This document shows, piece by piece, positions 15,101-30,374 of a stretch of DNA of 64,000 nt; the first letter of the stretch is position 1; each line of letters begins with the position of its first letter. The position numbers were made by a program, and so were the translations under genes. The notes under the pieces were generated by a model. That model was given only the letters and a program-made list of their open reading frames with translations, was not told the DNA's origin and ran no database searches. The DNA is from the human T2T-CHM13v2.0 reference genome, Homo sapiens: assembly GCF_009914755.1 (NCBI RefSeq), contig NC_060940.1, one strand, 5' to 3'.

Positions 15101-18100
15101 TCCATTTGATTCCATGCGACGGTGAGCAATTCGATTCAATTCCATGATGATTCTATTTGATTCAATTAGATGATGTTTCCATTCGAATCCATTCCATGAT
15201 TATTCCATTGGAATCCATTCGGCGATGATTCCATATGAGTCAATTCAATGATGATTCCATATGGGTCCGTTCGATGATAATTCCATTTGATTTCATTCGA
15301 TGCTTCTATTCTATTCCAGTCGATGATGATTCCGTTGGAGTCCATACGATGATTCCATTTGATTTCATTTGATGATGATTCCATTCGATGATGATTACAT
15401 TGGATTCCATTCTATGATTCCATTCAATTCCATTCGTTGATGATTCGATTCCATTCAATGATGATTCCATTTGAGTTCATTCGATGATTCTATTCGATTC
15501 CGTTCGATGGTGATTCAATTCTTTTATATTGGATGATTCCACTCGATTCCATTTGATGATTATTCCATTGGAGTCCACTTAGTGAATCCTTTAGATTCTA
15601 CTCGACGATGATTCCATTCGAGTCCATTCGATGATACCATTCAATTCCATTCGTTGATGCTTCCATTCAAGTGCATTCGATGATATCATTCGATTCCATT
15701 TGATGATAATTCCATTTGATTCCATGCGATGATTCTATTCGATTCCATTCAATGATAATTCCATTCAATTCAGTGATTCCTCTGGACTCCATTTGATGAT
15801 GATTCCATTCAATGATTCCATTCGATTCTATTCGAAAATGATTCCATTTGAATCCATTTGATGATGATTCCATTAGATTCCATTTGATGATTCCATTCGA
15901 TTCCATTCGACGATGATTCCATTCGATTCCGTTTGATGATTCCATTCTATTCTATTCGATGATGATTCCATTCGATTCCATTCGATGATTTTTGGATTCG
16001 ATTCCATTGGATGATTTCATTTGATTCCATTCGTTAATGATTTCGATCAATTCCATTCGATGATTCCATTCGATTCCATTCGATAATGATTACATCCGAG
16101 TCCATTCGATGATTCCCTTTGAGCCCGTTCGATAATTCCATTTGAGTCCAACCAATGATTCCATTCATTTCCATTCAATGATTCCATTCGAGTCCATTTG
16201 ATCATTCCGGTAGGGTCCATTCGATGTTGATTCCATTGGAGTGCATTCGATGATTCCATTCGAGTCCATTTTAGGATTTGATTCGAGTCCTTTCGATGAT
16301 TCCATTCGATTCCACTCGATGATGATTTCATTCGAGTCCATTCGACACTTCCAATCGATTCCATTTGATGATTCCATTCGAGTCCAATTGATGATTCCAT
16401 TCAATTCCATTCGATGATGATTCCGTACGATTCCATTCTGTGATGATTCCATGTGATTGCATTCAATGATGATTCCTTTCGATTGCATTCGATTATGATT
16501 CATTTCGTGTTCATTCTATGGTTCCACAGGTTTCCATTCGTGTCCATTCCATTATTCCATTCTATTCCATTTGATGATGATTCCATTCGATTCCATTCAT
16601 TGGTGATTCCACTCAATTCCATTCAATGATTCCATTCCATTTCTTTCAACAATGATTCCATTAGTTTCTAATCGATGATCCACTTGATTCCATTTGACGA
16701 CGATTCCATTCTTGTCCATTCGATGATTCCATTTGATTCCATATGATGATGATTCCATTCGATTCCATACCATGATGATTCCATTCGAGTCCATTCAATG
16801 GTGATTCCATTCAATTCCATTCGATGATTCCTTTTGATTCCATTCGATGATGATGGCATTCGATTCCTTTCAATCATTCCCTTTGATTCCATTCAAAGGT
16901 GATTTCATTCAAGTCCATTCGATAATTGCATTCGATTCCATTCTATGATGATTCCATTCGAGTCCATTTGATGATTCCATTCAATTCAAGTCAATGATGA
17001 TTCCATTCGATTCCATTCGATGATTCCATTGGATTCCATTCGATGATGATTCCATTCAAATCCATTCGATAATTCAATTCAAGTCCATTCGATGATGATT
17101 CCAATCGAATCCATTCAAAGATTCCATTCAGTTCCATTCGATGATTCCCTTAGATTCCATTCGATGATTCCACTTGATTGCATTTACGATGATTCCATTC
17201 GATTCCATGTGATGATTCCATTCAATTCTATTCAATGATGTCTCCATTTGATTCCATTCGACCATGATTGCCTTTGATTCCATTCAATGATTCCATTCGG
17301 TTCCGTTTGATGATGATTCCGTTCGATTCCATTTGATGATTCCATTTGATTCCATTGGATGAGTCCATTCGATTACATTCGATGATTATTCCATTCGAGT
17401 GCATTAGATGATTCCATTCGAGTCCATTCGATGATGCCATTCGATTCCATTCGATGTTGATTCTGTTCAAATCCATTCGATGATTCCACTCGATTCCATT
17501 CGTTGACTCCATTTGATCCCATTCGATGATTTCCTTTGATTCCCTTTGATGAGCATTCCATTTGATTCAATTCGGTGATTTCATTTGATTCCATTCAGTG
17601 ATGTTTCCATTCGACTCCATTCGATGATGATTCCATTCGACTCCATTCGATTATGATTTCATTCAATTCCATTCGATAATGATTCCCTTCGAGTCCATTC
17701 GATGATTCCATCCGATTCCATTCAACGATGATTTGATTCGTGTCCATTCGATGATTCCATTTGATTCCACTTGACGATGATTCCATTCGAGTCCATTTGA
17801 TGATTCCATTCAATTCCATACTCCGATGATTTCTTTTGAGCCCACTCAATGCTTCCACTCGATTCCATATGATGATGACTCCATTCGATGCAATTCGATG
17901 ATGATTCCATTCGCTTGCTTTCGATGATGATTCCACTTGAGTCCGTTAGAAGATTCTATTCAATTACATTCCATGACGATTCCGTTCGAGTCCATTTGAT
18001 GATTCCATTAGACTCCATTCGACGATGATTCCATTCGATGTTATTCGATGATTCCATTCGATCTCATTCGATGATGATTCCATTCAACTCCATTCGATGT

Positions 18101-18232
18101 TTCCATTCGAGTTCATTCTATTATTCCATTAGATTCCATTCGATGATGATTCCATTCGATTCCATTTGATGATTGCATTCTATTTCATTTGATGATGATT
18201 CCATTCGAGTCCACTCGATGATTCCATTCGAG
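12121..18232 (+). repeat. 6.1-kb unit, copy 3 (full 6112 bp)
   Basis: Marker at 12121 and 18233; ORF offset 12473->18585 = 6112. Carries the extra 52 bp at 14098-14149. Confidence 0.95.
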
Positions 18233-21200
18233 TCCATTTAATGAATCCATTGGTTTCAATTCTATGATGATTACATTGGATTCCATTCGTTGATGATTTC
18301 ATTCGGTTCCATTCAATGATGATTCCATTCAATTCCTTTCAATGTTTCCATTCAATTCCATACGATGATGATTCCATTTGATTTGATTCGACAGTGAGCC
18401 ATTCGATTCAATTCCATGATGATTCTATTTGATTCAATTGGTTGACATTTCCATTCGATTCCATTCGATGATGATTCCCTTTGATTCCGTTCAAAGATGA
18501 TTCCATTCTAGCCCATTCAATCATTCCATTCGATTCTATTCAATGATGATTCCATTCATGTCGATTTGGTGATTCCATTTGACTTCATTTGATGATGATT
18601 CCTTTCAAGTTCATTAGATGATTCCATTCGATTCCATTTGATGATGATCCCATTCGAGTCCATTCAGTGATTCCATTCGTTTCCATTCCATGATGATTCC
18701 ATTCCTTTCCATTCAATGATTCCATTCGATTCCGTTTGATGATGATTTCATTCGAGTCCATTTGATGATTCCATTTGATTCCATTCGATGATGATTCCAT
18801 TCGAGTCCATTCGATGATTCTATTCGAATCCATTTGATGATTTCTTTTGATTACATTTGGTGATGATTCCATTGGAGTCCATTCAATGATTCCATTCTAT
18901 TCCAATCGATGATGATTCCATTAGAGTCCATTTAATGATTCCATTTGATTCCAGTCTCTGATGATTACATTCGAATCCATACGATGATTCCACTCAATTC
19001 CATATGATGATGATTCCATTTGATTCCATTCGGTGATTCCATTCTATTCTATTCAATGGTGATTCCATTCGAGTACATTAGATGATTCCATTCGATTCCA
19101 TTCAATGATGATTCTATTTGTGTCCCTTAGATGATTCCACATGATTCCATTAGATGATGATACTATTTGAGCCCATCCAATGATTCCCTTCGATTCCATT
19201 CGATGAGGATTCCATTCGATTCAATTCATTGGTGATTCTATTCAATTCAATTCTTTGATTCCATTCCATTCCATTCGACAATGATTCCATTCGATTTCTT
19301 TCGATGATTCCACTCGATTCCACTTGACATTGATTCCATTCGATTCCATTCAATGATTCCATTTGATTCCAGTGGATGATGATTGCCATCGATTCCATTC
19401 GATCACTCCATTCTATTCCATTTGATGATGATTACATTCGATTCCATTTGATGATTCCATCTGATTCTATTCGAGGATTCCATTTGATTCCATTCGATGA
19501 TGATTCCATTCGAGTCCATTCGATGATTTCATTCGAGTACATCCAATGATTCCATTCGAGTCCATTAGATGATTCCATTTGATTCCATTTGAAAATGATT
19601 CTACTAGAGTCCATTCAATGACTCCATTCGAGTCCATTCAACAATTCCATTCGACTCCATTCGATGATTCCATTCGATTCCATTTGATGGTTCCATTCGA
19701 GTCCATTTAATCATTACAGTCGAGTCCATTTGGTGATTCCACTGGATTTCTTTTGATAATGATACCATTCAATTACATTTGATGATGATCCCATTCAATT
19801 TCATTTGATGATGATTCCATTAGAGTCCATTCGATGATTTCATTCGAGTCCCTTCATTGATTCCATCCGATTTCATTGGATGATGACTCCATTCGAGTCC
19901 ATTCGATGATTCCACTCGATTCCATTAGATGACTCCATTGGAGTCCATTTGATTGTTCCATTCGATTCCATTCGATTCCTTTCGAAGATTATTCCATTTG
20001 AGTCCATTCGATGATGATTCCATTCCATTCCATTCGATGATTCCGTTTGATTCCATTCGATGATTCCCTTCGATTCCTTTCTTTGATGATTCCATTCCGT
20101 TCCATTCAATGATTCCATTCGAATCTATTCCATGATGATTCCTTTCGATTCCATTCGCTGATGTTTCCGTTCAATTCCATTCGATGATGATTCCATTCGA
20201 TTCCATTCATTGAGGATTCCATTTGATTCCATTCAATGATGATTCCATTCTATTCCATTCAATGATTGCATTCAATTCCATTCAATGATTATCCCATTAG
20301 AGTAAACTCAACGATTCCATTCAATACCATTCGATGATGATTCCTTTTGAGTCCATTCAATGATTTCATTCAAGTCCATTTGATGATTCCTTTCAATTCC
20401 ATTCTATGATGATTCCATTCGAGTCCATTCGATGATTCCATTCGATTGCATTCGATGATTCCATTATATTCCATTCAACGGTGATTCCATTCGAGTCCAT
20501 TCCATGATTCCATTAGAGTACATTTAATGATTGCTTTGTTTTCAATTCGAAGATGATTACATTGGATTCCATTCTATGATACCATTCGATTCCATTCAAT
20601 GATGATTCCACTCAAATCCATTGGATGATTCCATTCGTGTCCATTCGGTGATTTCATTAGATTCCATTCGAGGATGATTCCATTCGATTCCATTCGATGA
20701 TTCCATTCAATTCCATTCGATGATGATTCCATTCCAGTCCATATGATCATTCCATTTGATTTCATTCGATGATGATTCCATTCGATTCGATTCGACGATT
20801 CCATTCTATTCCATTCGATGATGATTCCATTCGAGTCCATTCGATGATTGCATTCGAGTCCATTTAATGATTCCATTGGGTTCAATTCAATGATGATTAC
20901 ATTGGATTCCGTTCTATGATTCCATTCAATTCCGTTCATTGACAATTTGATTCCATTCGATGATGATTCCATTTGAGTTCATTCGATGATTCTATTCGAT
21001 TCTCTTCGATGGTGATTCAATTCTATTATATTGGATGATTCCATTCGATTCCATTTGATGTTGATTCAATTCGATTCTATTCGATGATGATTCCATTGGA
21101 TTTCACTTGATGATTCTATTCGATTCCATTCAATGATGATTCACTTCTCGTCCATTGGATGATTCCATTTCATTCCATTCGATGATGATTCCATTCGATT

Positions 21201-24200
21201 CCATTCGATGATTCCATTTGATTCCATGCGACGGTGAGCAATTCGATTCAATTCCATGATGATTCTATTTGATTCAATTAGATGATGTTTCCATTCGAAT
21301 CCATTCCATGATTATTCCATTGGAATCCATTCGGCGATGATTCCATATGAGTCAATTCAATGATGATTCCATATGGGTCCGTTCGATGATAATTCCATTT
21401 GATTTCATTCGATGCTTCTATTCTATTCCAGTCGATGATGATTCCGTTGGAGTCCATACGATGATTCCATTTGATTTCATTTGATGATGATTCCATTCGA
21501 TGATGATTACATTGGATTCCATTCTATGATTCCATTCAATTCCATTCGTTGATGATTCGATTCCATTCAATGATGATTCCATTTGAGTTCATTCGATGAT
21601 TCTATTCGATTCCGTTCGATGGTGATTCAATTCTTTTATATTGGATGATTCCACTCGATTCCATTTGATGATTATTCCATTGGAGTCCACTTAGTGAATC
21701 CTTTAGATTCTACTCGACGATGATTCCATTCGAGTCCATTCGATGATACCATTCAATTCCATTCGTTGATGCTTCCATTCAAGTGCATTCGATGATATCA
21801 TTCGATTCCATTTGATGATAATTCCATTTGATTCCATGCGATGATTCTATTCGATTCCATTCAATGATAATTCCATTCAATTCAGTGATTCCTCTGGACT
21901 CCATTTGATGATGATTCCATTCAATGATTCCATTCGATTCTATTCGAAAATGATTCCATTTGAATCCATTTGATGATGATTCCATTAGATTCCATTTGAT
22001 GATTCCATTCGATTCCATTCGACGATGATTCCATTCGATTCCGTTTGATGATTCCATTCTATTCTATTCGATGATGATTCCATTCGATTCCATTCGATGA
22101 TTTTTGGATTCGATTCCATTGGATGATTTCATTTGATTCCATTCGTTAATGATTTCGATCAATTCCATTCGATGATTCCATTCGATTCCATTCGATAATG
22201 ATTACATCCGAGTCTATTCGATGATTCCCTTTGAGCCCGTTCGATAATTCCATTTGAGTCCAACCAATGATTCCATTCATTTCCATTCAATGATTCCATT
22301 CGAGTCCATTTGATCATTCCGGTAGGGTCCATTCGATGTTGATTCCATTGGAGTGCATTCGATGATTCCATTCGAGTCCATTTTAGGATTTGATTCGAGT
22401 CCTTTCGATGATTCCATTCGATTCCACTCGATGATGATTTCATTCGAGTCCATTCGACACTTCCAATCGATTCCATTTGATGATTCCATTCGAGTCCAAT
22501 TGATGATTCCATTCAATTCCATTCGATGATGATTCCGTACGATTCCATTCTGTGATGATTCCATGTGATTGCATTCAATGATGATTCCTTTCGATTGCAT
22601 TCGATTATGATTCATTTCGTGTTCATTCTATGGTTCCACAGGTTTCCATTCGTGTCCATTCCATTATTCCATTCTATTCCATTTGATGATGATTCCATTC
22701 GATTCCATTCATTGGTGATTCCACTCAATTCCATTCAATGATTCCATTCCATTTCTTTCAACAATGATTCCATTAGTTTCTAATCGATGATCCACTTGAT
22801 TCCATTTGACGACGATTCCATTCTTGTCCATTCGATGATTCCATTTGATTCCATATGATGATGATTCCATTCGATTCCATACCATGATGATTCCATTCGA
22901 GTCCATTCAATGGTGATTCCATTCAATTCCATTCGATGATTCCTTTTGATTCCATTCGATGATGATGGCATTCGATTCCTTTCAATCATTCCCTTTGATT
23001 CCATTCAAAGGTGATTTCATTCAAGTCCATTCGATAATTGCATTCGATTCCATTCTATGATGATTCAATTCGAGTCCATTTGATGATTCCATTCAATTCA
23101 AGTCAATGATGATTCCATTCGATTCCATTCGATGATTCCATTGGATTCCATTCGATGATGATTCCATTCAAATCCATTCGATAATTCAATTCAAGTCCAT
23201 TCGATGATGATTCCAATCGAATCCATTCAAAGATTCCATTCAGTTCCATTCGATGATTCCCTTAGATTCCATTCGATGATTCCACTTGATTCCATTTACG
23301 ATGATTCCATTCGATTCCATGTGATGATTCCATTCAATTCTATTCAATGATGTCTCCATTTGATTCCATTCGACCATGATTGCCTTTGATTCCATTCAAT
23401 GACTCCATTCGGTTCCGTTTGATGATGATTCCGTTCGATTCCATCTGATGATTCCATTTGATTCCATTGGATGAGTCCATTCGATTACATTCGATGATTA
23501 TTCCATTCGAGTGCATTAGATGATTCCATTCGAGTCCATTCGATGATTCCATTCGATTCCATTCGATGTTGATTCTGTTCAAATCCATTCGATGATTCCA
23601 CTCGATTCCATTCGTTGACTCCATTTGATCCCATTCGATGATTTCCTTTGATTCCCTTTGATGATCATTCCATTTGATTCAATTCGGTGATTTCATTTGA
23701 TTCCATTCAGTGATGTTTCCATTCGACTCCATTCGATGATGATTCCATTCGACTCCATTCGATTATGATTTCATTCAATTCCATTCGATAATGATTCCCT
23801 TCGAGTCCATTCGATGATTCCATTCGATTCCATTCAACGATGATTTGATTCGTGTCCATTCGATGATTCCATTTGATTCCACTTGATGATGATTCCATTC
23901 GAGTCCATTTGATGATTCCATTCAATTCCATACTCCGATGATTTCTTTTGAGCCCACTCAATGCTTCCACTCGATTCCATATGATGATGACTCCATTCGA
24001 TGAAATTCGATGATGATTCCATTCGCTTGCTTTCGATGATGATTAAACTTGAGTCCGTTAGAAGATTCTATTCAATTACATTCCAGGACGATTCCGTTCG
24101 AGTCCATTTGATGATTCCATTAGACTCCATTCGACGATGATTCCATTCGATGTTATTCGATGATTCCATTCGATCTCATTCGACAATGATTCCATTCAAC

Positions 24201-24344
24201 TCCATTCGATGTTTCTATTCGAGTTCATTCTATTATTCCATTAGATTCCATTCGATGATGATTCCATTCGATTCCATTTGATGATTGCATTCTATTTCAT
24301 TTGATGATGATTCCATTCGAGTCCACTCGATGATTCCATTCGAG
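18233..24344 (+). repeat. 6.1-kb unit, copy 4 (full 6112 bp)
   Basis: Marker at 18233 and 24345; ORF offset 18585->24697 = 6112. Confidence 0.95.
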
Positions 24345-27300
24345 TCCATTTAATGAATCCATTGGTTTCAATTCTATGATGATTACATTGGATTCCATTC
24401 GTTGATGATTTCATTCGGTTCCATTCAATGATGATTCCATTCAATTCCTTTCAATGTTTCCATTCAATTCCATACGATGATGATTCCATTTGACTTGATT
24501 CGACAGTGAGCCATTCGATTCAATTCCATGATGATTCTATTTGATTCAATTGGTTGACATTTCCATTCGATTCCATTCGATGATGATTCCATTTGATTCC
24601 ATTCAAAGATGATTCCATTCTAGCCCATTCAATCATTCCATTCGATTCTATTCAATGATGATTCCATTCATGTCGATTTGGTGATTCCATTTGACTTCAT
24701 TTGATGATGATTCCTTTCAAGTTCATTAGATGATTCCATTCGATTCCATTTGATGATGATCCCATTCGAGTCCATTCAGTGATTCCATTCGTTTCCATTC
24801 CATGATGATTCCATTCCATTCCATTCAATGATTCCATTCGATTCCGTTTGATGATGATTTCATTCGAGTCCATTTGATGATTCCATTTGATTCCATTCGA
24901 TGATGATTCCATTCGAGTCCATTCGATGATTCTATTCGAATCCATTTGATGATTTCTTTTGATTATAGTTGGTGATGATTCCATTGGAGTCCATTCAATG
25001 ATTCCATTCTATTCCAATCGATGATGATTCCATTAGAGTCCATTTAATGTTTCCATTTGATTCCAGTCTGTGATGATTACATTCGAGTCCATACGATGAT
25101 TCCACTCAATTCCATATGATGATGATTCCATTCGATTCCATTCGATGATTCCATTCTATTCTATTCAATGGTGATTCCATTCGAGTACATTAGATGATTC
25201 CATTCGATTCCATTCAATGATGATTCAATTTGTGTCCCTTAGATGGTTCCACATGATTCCATTTCATGATGATACTATTTGAGCCCATCCAATGATTCCC
25301 TTCGATTCCATTCGATGAGGATTCCATTCGATTCAATTCATTGGTGATTCTATTCAATTCAATTCTTTGATTCCATTCCATTCCATTCGACAATGATTCC
25401 ATTCGATTTCTTTCGATGATTCCACTCGATTCCACTTGACATTGATTCCATTCGATTCCATTCAATGATTCCGTTTCATTCCAGTGGATGATTATTGCCA
25501 TCGATTCCATTCGATCACTCCATTCTATTCCATTTGATGATGATTACATTCGATTCCATTTGATGATTCCATCTGATTCTATTCGAGGATTCCATTTGAT
25601 TCCATTCGATGATGATTCCATTCGAGTCCATTCGATGATTTCATTCGAGTACATCCAATGATTCCATTCGAGTCCATTTGATGATTCCATTTGATTCCAT
25701 TTGATTATGATTCTACTAGAGTCCATTCAATGACTCCATTCGAATCCATTCTACAATTCCATTCGAGGCCATTCGATGATTCCATTTCATGATTCCATTC
25801 GAGTCCATTTAATCATTACAGTCGAGTCCATTTGGTGATTCCACTGGATTTCTTTTGATAATGATACCATTCAATTACATTTGATGATGATCCCATTCAA
25901 TTTCATTTGATGGTGATTCCATTAGAGTCCATTCGATGATTTCATTCGAGTCCCTTCATTGATTCCATCCGATTTCATTGGATGATGACTCCATTCGAGT
26001 CCATTCGATGATTCCACTCGATTCCATTAGATGATTCCTTTGGAGTCCATTTGATTGTTCCATTCGATTCCATTCGATTCCTTTCGAAGATTATTCCATT
26101 TGAGTCCATTCGATGATGATTCCATTCCATTCCATTCAATGATTCCATTCGAATCTATTCCATGATGATTCCTTTCGATTCCATTCGCTGATGTTTCCGT
26201 TCAATTCCATTCGATGATGATTCCATTCGATTCCATTCATTGAGGATTCCATTTGATTCCATTCAATGATGATTCCGTTCTATTCCATTCAATGATTGCA
26301 TTCAATTCCATTCAATGATTATCCCCTTAGAGTAAACTCAACGATTCCATTCAATACCATTCGATGATGATTCCTTTTGAGTCCATTCAATGATTTCATT
26401 CAAGTCCATTTGATGATTCCTTTCAATTCCATTCTATGATGATTCCATTCGAGTCCATTCGATGATTCCATTCGATTGCATTCGATTATTCCATTATATT
26501 CCAGTCAACGATGATTCCATTCGAGTCCATTCGATGATTCCATTAGAGTACATTTAATGATTGCTTTGTTTTCAATTCGAAGATGATTACATTGGATTCC
26601 ATTCTATGATACCATTCGATTCCATTCAATGATGATTCCACTCAAATCCATTGGATGATTCCATTCGTGTCCATTCGGTGATTTCATTAGATTCCATTCG
26701 AGGATGATTCCATTCGATTCCATTTGATGATTCCATTCAATTCCATTCGATGATGATTCCATTCCAGTCCATATGATCATTCCATTTGATTTCATTCGAT
26801 GATGATTCCATTCGATTCCATTCGATGATTCCATTCTATTCCATTCGATGATGATTCCATTCGAGTCCATTCGATGATTCCATTCGAGTCCATTTAATGA
26901 TTCCATTGGGTTCAATTCAATGATGATTACATTGGATTCCGTTCTATGATTCCATTCAATTCCGTTCATTGACAATTTGATTCCATTCGATGATGATTCC
27001 ATTTGAGTTCATTCGATGATTCTATTCGATTCTCTTCGATGGTGATTCAATTCTATTATATTGGATGATTCCATTCGATTCCATTTGATGTTGATTCAAT
27101 TCGATTCTATTCGATGATGATTCCATTGGATTTCACTTGATGATTCTATTCGATTCCATTCAATGATGATTCACTTCTCGTCCATTGGATGATTCCATTT
27201 CATTCCATTCGATGATGATTCCATTCGATTCCATTCGATGATTCCATTTGATTCCATGCGACGGTGAGCAATTCGATTCAATTCCATGATGATTCTATTT

Positions 27301-30300
27301 GATTCAATTAGATGATGTTTCCATTCGAATCCATTCCATGATTATTCCATTGGAATCCATTTGGCGATGATTCCATATGAGTCAATTCAATGATGATTCC
27401 ATATGGGTCCGTTCGATGATAATTCCATTTGATTTCATTCGATGCTTCTATTCAATTCCAGTCGATGATGATTCCGTTGGAGTCCATACGATGATTCCAT
27501 TTGATTTCATTTGATGATGATTCCATTCGATGATGATTACATTGGATTCCATTCTATGATTCCATTCAATTCCATTCGTTGATGATTCGATTCCATTCAA
27601 TGATGATTCCATTTGAGTTCATTCGATGATTCTATTCGATTCCGTTCGATGGTGATTCAATTCTCTTATATTGGATGATTCCACTCGATTCCATTTGATG
27701 ATTATTCCATTGGAGTCCACTTAGTGAATCCTTTAGATTCTACTCGAAGATGATTCCATTCGAGTCCATTCAATGATACCATTCAATTTCATTCGTTGAT
27801 GCTTCCATTCAAGTGCATTCGATGATATCATTCGATTCCATTTGATGATAATTCCATTTGATTCCATGCGATGATTCTATTCGATTCCATTCAATGATAA
27901 TTCCATTCAATTCAGTGATTCCTCTGGACTCCATTTGATGATGATTCCATTCAATGATTCCATTCGAGTCTATTCGAAAATGATTCCATTTGAATCCATT
28001 TGATGTTGATTCCATTAGATTCCATTTGATGATTCCATTCGATTCCATTCGACGATGATTCCATTCGATTCCATTTGATGATTCCATTCTATTCTATTCG
28101 ATGATGATTCCATTCGATTCCATTTGATGATGATTGGATTCGATTCCATTTGATGATTTCATTTGATTCCATTCGTTAATGATTTCGATCAATTCCATTC
28201 GATGATTCCATTCGATTCCATTCGATAATGATTACATCCGAGTCCATTCGATGATTCCCTTTGAGCCTGTTCGATAATTCCATTTGAGTCCAACCAATGA
28301 TTCCATTCATTTCCATTCAATGATTCCATTCGAGTCCATTTGATCATTCCGGTAGGGTCCATTCGATGTTGATTCCATTGGAGTGCATTCGATGATTCCA
28401 TTCGAGTCCATTTTATGATTTGATTCGAGTCCTTTCGATGATTCCATTCGATTCCACTCGATGATTATTTCATTCGAGTCCATTCGACACTTCCAATCGA
28501 TTCCATTTGATGATTCCATTCGAGTCCAATTGATGATTCCATTCAATTCCATTCGATGATGATTCCGTACGATTCCATTCTGTGATGATTCCATGTGATT
28601 GCATTCAATGATGATTCCTTTCGATTGCATTCGATTATGATTCATTTCGTGTTCATTCTATGGTTCCACAGGTTTCCATTCGTGTCCATTCCATTATTCC
28701 ATTCTATTCCATTTGATGATGATTCCATTCGATTCCATTCATTGGTGATTCCACTCAATTCCATTCAATGATTCCATTCCATTTCTTTCAACAATGATTC
28801 CATTAGTTTCTAATCGATGATCCACTTGATTCCATTTGACGACGATTCCATTCTTGTCCATTCGATGATTCCATTTGATTCCATATGATGATGATTCCAT
28901 TCGATTCCATACCATGATGATTCCATTCGAGTCCATTCAATGGTGATTCCATTCAATTCCATTCGATGATTCCTTTTGATTCCATTCGATGATGATGGCA
29001 TTCGATTCCTTTCAATCATTCCCTTTGATTCCATTCAAAGGTGATTTCATTCAAGTCCATTCGATAATTGCATTCGATTCCATTCTATGATGATTCCATT
29101 CGAGTCCATTTGATGATTCCATTCAATTCAAGTCAATGATGATTCCATTCGATTCCATTCGATGATTCCATTGGATTCCATTCGATGATGATTCCATTCA
29201 AATCCATTCGATAATTCAATTCAAGTCCATTCGATGATGATTCCAATCGAATCCATTCAAAGATTCCATTCAGTTCCATTCGATGATTCCCTTAGATTCC
29301 ATTCGATGATTCCACTTGATTCCATTTACGATGATTCCATTCGATTCCATGTGATGATTCCATTCAATTCTATTCAATGATGTCTCCATTTGATTCCATT
29401 CGACCATGATTTCCTTTGATTCCATTCAATGACTCCATTCGGTTCCGTTTGATGATGATTCCGTTCGATTCCATCTGATGATTCCATTTGATTCCATTGG
29501 ATGAGTCCATTCGATTACATTCGATGATTATTCCATTCGAGTGCATTAGATGATTCCATTCGAGTCCATTCGATGATTCCATTCGATTCCATTCGATGTT
29601 GATTCTGTTCAAATCCATTCGATGATTCCACTCGATTCCATTCGTTGACTCCATTTGATCCCATTTGATGATTTCCTTTGATTCCCTTTGATGATCATTC
29701 CATTTGATTCAATTCGGTGATTTCATTTGATTCCATTCAGTGATGTTTCCATTCGACTCCATTCGATGATGATTCCATTCGACTCCATTCGATTATGATT
29801 TCATTCAATTCCATTCGATAATGATTCCCTTCGAGTCCATTCGATGATTCCATTCGATTCCATTCAACGATGATTTGATTCGTGTCCATTCGATGATTCC
29901 ATTTGATTCCACTTGATGATGATTCCATTCGAGTCCATTTGATGATTCCATTCAATTCCATACTCCGATGATTTCTTTTGAGCCCACTCAATGCTTCCAC
30001 TCGATTCCATATGATGATGACTCCATTTGATGAAATTCGATGATGATTCCATTCGCTTGCTTTCGATGATGATTCCACTTGAGTCCGTTAGAAGATTCTA
30101 TTCAATTACATTCCAGGACGATTCCGTTCGAGTCCATTTGATGATTCCATTAGACTCCATTCGACGATGATTCCATTCGATGTTATTCGATGATTCCATT
30201 CGATCTCATTCGACGATGATTCTATTCAACTCCATTCGATGTTTCCATTCGAGTTCATTCTATTATTCCATTAGATTCCATTCGATGATGATTCCATTCG

Positions 30301-30374
30301 ATTCCATTTGATGATTGCATTCTATTTCATTTGATGATGATTCCATTCGAGTCCACTCGATGATTCCATTCGAG
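24345..30374 (+). repeat. 6.1-kb unit, copy 5 (6030 bp; 10-bp and 72-bp deletions)
   Basis: Marker at 24345 and 30375; offset 24697->30727 = 6030. Deletions lie near 25780 and 26116-26137. Confidence 0.93.
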
